Part shown: positions 57,893-64,000 of the stretch, piece after piece | Layout: the number at the start of each line of letters is the position of its first letter | How positions within the stretch are numbered: the first letter of the stretch is position 1 | Assembly: GCA_963972905.1 (NCBI GenBank) | Contig: CAXAXQ010000016.1 | Location: 20,446-84,445 of the forward strand | Reading direction: 5' to 3' | DNA from: an uncultured Erythrobacteraceae bacterium | GTDB lineage: Bacteria; Pseudomonadota; Alphaproteobacteria; Sphingomonadales; Sphingomonadaceae | Length of the DNA stretch: 64,000 nucleotides | Notes under the pieces: model-generated | Seen by the model: the letters and a program-made list of their open reading frames with translations, nothing else | The model's database searches: none | Told to the model about the DNA's origin: nothing | Made by a program: the position numbers and the translations under genes

Positions 57893-58363
57893 TTAGCCTT
57901 CGGCCTTTTCTTCGCCGGCGTCTTCAGCCGGTGCTTCGGCGGCAGCTTCTTCAGCCGGTGCTTCTTCGGTCTTGGCCTCTTCCTCGGCCGGAGCTTCCTG
58001 AGCGGCCTTCAGCGCTTCGGCTGCTTCGGCTTCCTTGGTGGCCTTTTCTTCGGCGCGTTCCTTGGCCTTTTCGCCCGGCTCGGCCTTGTTCGGGTTGTTG
58101 CGCGCCTTGCGCTCCTGAATACCGGCGGCATCGAGGAAGCGGGCGACACGGTCGCTCGGCTGCGCGCCGACGCCGAGCCAGTACTTGGCGCGGTCTTCGT
58201 TCAGCTGGACGCGCTTCTCGTCGTCCTTGGCGAGCAGCGGGTTGTAGGTGCCGATCTGCTCGAGATAGCGACCGTCACGCGGATAGCGCGAGTCGGCGGC
58301 AACGATGCGGTAATAGGGGCGCTTCTTGGCGCCGCCACGGGAAAGTCGGAGTGCAATAGCCAT
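57893..58363 (-). CDS. rpsP: 30S ribosomal protein S16 with an Ala/Glu/Lys-rich C-terminal extension
   Basis: [26 protein letters not shown].. 156 aa, versus roughly 80-90 aa for the canonical protein. Confidence 0.94.
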   Translation of the reverse strand: MAIALRLSRGGAKKRPYYRIVAADSRYPRDGRYLEQIGTYNPLLAKDDEKRVQLNEDRAKYWLGVGAQPSDRVARFLDAAGIQERKARNNPNKAEPGEKAKERAEEKATKEAEAAEALKAAQEAPAEEEAKTEEAPAEEAAAEAPAEDAGEEKAEG

Positions 58364-58401
58364 TTCGGTTCGTCCTTGGTCTTAATCTAAGTCGGTTTCG
58401 G

Positions 58402-59886
<1,485 letters not shown>

Positions 59887-60023
59887 CAGGTCACGTTACT
59901 CCAATTTGCGATCCCAAAGAGAGGAAACGCGAAAAACGCCGGCGGACGAAAACTCGTCGGCCAGCGTCGGGGCGGTGCCCCTTCTGAAACTCAAACCGGA
60001 TAGCGAACTATCCTGAAAACCGG

Positions 60024-60099
<76 letters not shown>

Positions 60100-60175
60100 G
60101 TGCCGGTGTTGGGAGGCGCCGTTTAGAAAGCACGGCGCCCCTTTGCAAGCGGAATATCCGCCTGCGAAACGAAAA

Positions 60176-60508
60176 TCAGGTGTCGTCCTTATCGTCGTCG
60201 TCACCCTTGGACTTGGCGACGCCCAGATCGTCATCACCGCCAAGATCGACCTCGTTATCCGGCGAATCGTCGTCGTCATCGACATCGATATCCTCCAGAT
60301 CGTCATCGGCCAGATCGCTGTCGGCCTCCTCGTCCTTCTTCTTCTTCTCTTCCTCGAAGGGAATCGGCTGCTTCGACTTGAGCACCGGCTCGGGCGACCA
60401 GGTGTTCTCGCACTCGATGCAGGTCACCGGGTCTTCATTGCCCAGATCGTAGAAACGCGTGCCGCACTTGGGGCAGGTGCGCTTGGTGCCCCATTCGGGT
60501 TTGACCAT
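60176..60508 (-). CDS. TIGR02300 (FYDLN_acid) zinc-ribbon protein with an acidic tail
   Basis: Start at MVKPEWGTKRTCPKCGTRFYDLGNEDPVTCIEC, followed by a D/E-rich tail. Confidence 0.8.
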   Translation of the reverse strand: MVKPEWGTKRTCPKCGTRFYDLGNEDPVTCIECENTWSPEPVLKSKQPIPFEEEKKKKDEEADSDLADDDLEDIDVDDDDDSPDNEVDLGGDDDLGVAKSKGDDDDKDDT

Positions 60509-60654
60509 GAGAGATGTCCTTGTTGCGGGCGCTGCCATGTTCGCGCGCGCCGATGTGAATTTGCGTGAGGGCTGACTTGGGGCCGCCACCGCCCCGAATC
60601 AAGAATGGCGCGCGCCTTGCCATGCACCAATGCCGGTGTCAAAGCCGCCAGCGC

Positions 60655-61983
60655 ATGAATGACGAGACCGCCTCCCATCGCTTCAGCCCTGTCGGCCCCT
60701 TGCGCGGGAGCATCGCGGTGCCCGGCGACAAGTCGATCAGCCACCGCTCGCTGATCCTGGGCGCGATGGCGGTGGGCGAAACGCGCGTCTCCGGACTGCT
60801 CGAGGGCGAGGATGTGCTGGCGACCGCCGCCGCGATGCGAGCGATGGGCGCCGATGTCTACCGCGATGACGACGCGACCTGGCACGTCCACGGCGTCGGC
60901 ATCGGCGGATTGCTGCAACCCGAAGCCGCGATCGACTGCGGCAACAGCGGCACCTCGGCCCGCCTGCTGATGGGCCTGGTCGCAAGCCACGGGATCACCG
61001 CGACATTCACCGGCGATGCGAGCCTGTCGAAACGCCCGATGGGCCGCGTGATCGAGCCGCTTTCGCTGATGGGAGCAAGCTTCACCGCAAGCCCCGGCGG
61101 ACGTTTCCCCTTGATGCTGGAAGGCGCGCACCCGGCAGTGCCGATCACCTACCGCTTGCCGGTGGCGAGCGCGCAGGTGAAGAGCGCGGTGCTGCTGGCG
61201 GGATTGAACACGCCCGGAATCACCACCGTGATCGAACCGGTTCCGACACGCGACCATAGCGAGCGCATGCTTCGCGGCTTCGGCGCGCAACTGGAGGTCG
61301 CCGAAGAAAACGCAGCGCGCGTCATCCGCCTGACCGGCCAGACCGACCTGCAATCGCAGGACATTGTGGTGCCCGGCGATCCCTCATCCGCCGCGTTCTT
61401 CATGGTCGCCGCCAGTCTGGTCGAGGATAGCGACCTGACGATCCGCAATGTCGGCATGAACCCGACCCGCGCCGGGCTGGTCGGCGTGCTGCGCGCAATG
61501 GGCGCGAATATCGAGGAAATCGACGTGCGCGAAGTCGGCGGCGAACCCGTCGCGGACCTGCGCGTGCGCCATGCTCCGCTCACCGGGATCGAGGTCGATC
61601 CGGCAGTCGTGCCGAGCATGATCGACGAATTTCCGGTGCTGTTCGTCGCCGCCGCTCTGGCGCGGGGCACCACGGTCACACGCGGGCTCGAAGAACTTCG
61701 GGTGAAGGAAAGCGACCGCCTCGCCACCATGGCCGCCGCGCTGGAGGCGATCGGCGCGCGGGTGGAAGAGCGCGAGGACGGGCTGACGATCCACGGCACC
61801 GGCGGCGAGCCGGTGCGCGGAAGCGCCAATGCGCGGGTGAAGACGCATCTCGACCACCGCATCGCGATGAGCATGGCGGTCGCCGGGCTGGTCGCCCACG
61901 ACGGGGTGAAGGTGGACGACACCAGCCCCATCGCGACCAGTTTTCCCAACTTCATGGCGCTGCTGGATGAGGTGACGCGGTGA
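60655..61983 (+). CDS. aroA: 3-phosphoshikimate 1-carboxyvinyltransferase (EPSP synthase)
   Basis: Internal ATG at 60655 ([10 protein letters not shown]..). [36 protein letters not shown] and DHRIAMS. Confidence 0.94.
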   Translation: MNDETASHRFSPVGPLRGSIAVPGDKSISHRSLILGAMAVGETRVSGLLEGEDVLATAAAMRAMGADVYRDDDATWHVHGVGIGGLLQPEAAIDCGNSGTSARLLMGLVASHGITATFTGDASLSKRPMGRVIEPLSLMGASFTASPGGRFPLMLEGAHPAVPITYRLPVASAQVKSAVLLAGLNTPGITTVIEPVPTRDHSERMLRGFGAQLEVAEENAARVIRLTGQTDLQSQDIVVPGDPSSAAFFMVAASLVEDSDLTIRNVGMNPTRAGLVGVLRAMGANIEEIDVREVGGEPVADLRVRHAPLTGIEVDPAVVPSMIDEFPVLFVAAALARGTTVTRGLEELRVKESDRLATMAAALEAIGARVEEREDGLTIHGTGGEPVRGSANARVKTHLDHRIAMSMAVAGLVAHDGVKVDDTSPIATSFPNFMALLDEVTR

Positions 61984-61997
61984 TCGCAATGCTCTCC

Positions 61998-62167
61998 GCC
62001 GTCCTCTCCCCGCGCGGGGAGAGGACGGCGCAGCTTGCTCCGGCCGGAGCTGGCGCAGCTTGGAGAGGGGCGTTCGAGCTAACTCTCAGGTGCCCCCCTC
62101 CGCAACTCCGGCTAAGCGCTATTCGCGCCAAGCCTTCGTATCCTCTCCCCGACCGGGGAGAGGGATA
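61998..62167. repeat. palindromic REP-like element pair (family D, CTCTCCCCG..CGGGGAGAG)
   Basis: Perfect 32-nt palindrome GCCGTCCTCTCCCCGC|GCGGGGAGAGGACGGC (61998-62029) and imperfect hairpin TATCCTCTCCCCG-AC-CGGGGAGAGGGATA (62139-62167). Confidence 0.75.
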
Positions 62168-62169
62168 AG

Positions 62170-62430
62170 GTGCACATGGATATCTACTCGCTTATCGGCT
62201 TCGTGGGCATGGCCTGCATTATCGGGGCCTACGCCTACCTCACCTTGAGCAAGGCACCGAACCCCTTCATCCTGCACGGCACCAATCTGGCGGGTGCAGC
62301 ACTTCTGACCGTCAGCCTGCTGGTCCATACGAACCTGCCCAGCCTTGTGCTCGAAGGCTTCTGGGCCGCGATCGCACTGTACGGCATCGCCAAGGCGCTT
62401 CGCGAACGAAAGGGAGCGAAGCAGTCATGA
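62170..62430 (+). CDS. small hypothetical membrane protein (3 TM)
   Basis: 86 aa. Start is GTG 62170 or ATG 62176. The stop overlaps the next gene (ATGA). Confidence 0.5.
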   Translation: MHMDIYSLIGFVGMACIIGAYAYLTLSKAPNPFILHGTNLAGAALLTVSLLVHTNLPSLVLEGFWAAIALYGIAKALRERKGAKQS

Positions 62431-63437
62431 TCCGCACCATCCTCGCCGCCGCCGCGCTCGCCGTTTCGGGATGCGCAACGCTTCCTCCGCCCGAGACAGC
62501 GCCCGCCCCCGCCCCGGTTCAAGCCGTCGCGGTGGACGCTTATGCTGCACCAGACCGCGAACTGATGGTGCCTGTCGAAGGCGGCGAAGTGTACGTGCGC
62601 GTCAATGGCGATCTCGCTGCGGCGCCCCCGGTGATCTTCCTCCATGGTGGCCCCGGAGGCACGCATAACGGCCTCGCCTCCATGCTGGGTTTGACGGACG
62701 AGCGCGCGGTAATCCTCTACGACCAGCTCGACAGCGGAAAGTCGGACCACCCGAACGACCCTGCCAACTGGCGTGTCGAGCGGTTCGTCGAGGAACTGGA
62801 AACGATCCGCCGGACGCTCGGCGCGGAACGCTGGCACGTGGTCGGCCACAGTTGGGGTTCGGCGATCGCGCTGGAATATGCCGCGAAGTATCCGCAGCAC
62901 GTAGCCTCGACCGTGCTGGGTGGGACCTATATCAATACCGAGCGGTGGATCGCGGATGCCAACATCCTGCTCGAAGACCTGCCCCAAAGCGTCCAGCAGA
63001 CCATCGCCGCGTGCGAGACCGATGCGCCCCCGCCTGCGGAGCAATGCTCGGCCGCAACCGATGCGTTCTACGCCGAATTCAATCGCCGCGAACCGGCCAC
63101 TGCCGCGCTGCGCGCCTATTCCGAAAGGATCGGCGGAAGGGGCTTCAACCCGGTGATCTACAACGCGATGTGGGGGCCGAGCGAGTTCCGCTCCAAAGGT
63201 TCGCTCAAGACCTACGACGCGGTCCCGCTGCTCGCGCAGATCGACGGGTCGCGCACGCTTTTTCTGATCGGCCAGTATGACGAGGCGCGGATCGACACCG
63301 TGCAGGACTATGTGAAGATGACCCCGGGCGCGGAATTCGGCGTGGTCCCTGGGGCCGCGCACGGCTTCTTCACCGACCGGCCGGTGGAGAGCGAAGCGAT
63401 CCTGCGCGCGTGGCTGGTAAGGCACGACGCACCGTGA
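62427..63437 (+). CDS. proline iminopeptidase-family alpha/beta hydrolase, lipoprotein
   Basis: Lipobox [13 protein letters not shown] oxyanion motif and GHSWGS nucleophile elbow. Confidence 0.82.
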   Translation: MIRTILAAAALAVSGCATLPPPETAPAPAPVQAVAVDAYAAPDRELMVPVEGGEVYVRVNGDLAAAPPVIFLHGGPGGTHNGLASMLGLTDERAVILYDQLDSGKSDHPNDPANWRVERFVEELETIRRTLGAERWHVVGHSWGSAIALEYAAKYPQHVASTVLGGTYINTERWIADANILLEDLPQSVQQTIAACETDAPPPAEQCSAATDAFYAEFNRREPATAALRAYSERIGGRGFNPVIYNAMWGPSEFRSKGSLKTYDAVPLLAQIDGSRTLFLIGQYDEARIDTVQDYVKMTPGAEFGVVPGAAHGFFTDRPVESEAILRAWLVRHDAP

Positions 63438-64000
63438 TTATCGCCGTCGACGGACCGACCGCCAGCGGCAAGGGCACTCTTGCCAGAGCCATCGCCGCGC
63501 ATTTCGGCCTGCGCCATCTCGATACCGGCCTGCTCTACCGCGCGGTCGGGCGGCAGGTGCAGCTTGCCGGCACCGATCCTGACAGCGCAGCGGATGCCCT
63601 CGCCGCAGCCGACTTCCCAGACGCGCTGCTATCCGATCCGGAACTGCGCAGCGAAGCGATCGGCGGTTATGCCAGTCGCGTCTCGATCCACCCGCAGGTT
63701 CGCGCGGTCCTGCTCGACCGCCAGCGGGCTTTCGCACAGCAGCCAGGCGGCGCGGTGCTCGACGGGCGCGATATCGGCACGGTGATCTGCCCCGATGCGG
63801 ACGTGAAACTGTTCGTCACCGCCTCGCTCGACGCGCGGGCCGACCGGCGATTTGCCGAAATGCAGTCGCAGGGCCGCGAGATGACGCGCGAGGACGTCCG
63901 CGCGCAGATCGAACGGCGCGATTCACGCGACATCAACCGCAAGGATGCTCCGCTGAAGCCGGCACCCGACGCCTTCGTTCTCGATACCACCGCGCTGGAC
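63434..64000 (+). CDS. cmk: cytidylate kinase (3' end beyond the window)
   Basis: GTG at 63434 overlaps the upstream stop (GTGA). [21 protein letters not shown]-loop, ..[10 protein letters not shown].. and RRDSRD. Confidence 0.9.
   Translation, partial: MIIAVDGPTASGKGTLARAIAAHFGLRHLDTGLLYRAVGRQVQLAGTDPDSAADALAAADFPDALLSDPELRSEAIGGYASRVSIHPQVRAVLLDRQRAFAQQPGGAVLDGRDIGTVICPDADVKLFVTASLDARADRRFAEMQSQGREMTREDVRAQIERRDSRDINRKDAPLKPAPDAFVLDTTALD

Overview
High-GC (about 65-70%) chromosomal segment typical of an alphaproteobacterium of the Sphingomonadales/Erythrobacteraceae type; this placement is an inference from protein sequences, the LOV-histidine kinase and the GC-rich palindromic repeats. 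Most of the window is housekeeping: ligA, recN, bamD, proB/proC/proA, lepA, dnaN, fabD-fabG, rpsF-rpsR-rplI, amn, asd, ffh-rpsP-rimM...trmD-rplS, tRNA-Ala(GGC), aroA and cmk. An accessory stretch at about 9.7-20.5 kb holds a bacterial lipoxygenase, a GGDEF cyclase, copAB, a split HTH-like gene and the main candidate. That candidate is a compositionally foreign low-GC block of about 2.7 kb (17207-19930). It carries two translationally coupled genes: a 277-aa protein with no recognisable family, and a 601-aa protein with an unknown ~265-aa N-terminal domain fused to a complete MreB/actin-fold ATPase. The block abuts a 61-bp diverged duplicate of the lepA 3' end. It matches no named defence, toxin-antitoxin or partition system I know. 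Other notable points: GC-rich palindromic MITE/REP-like elements absorbed in frame into trmD, rimM and copB; a five-gene insertion inside the rpsP-rimM-trmD-rplS operon; a GGDEF-EAL protein with a PilZ-like tail; an orphan LOV kinase; and an M2(ACE-like)-rimB-rimK operon. No rRNA, CRISPR array, transposase or integrase was seen. All family calls rest on motifs read by eye, not on database searches.
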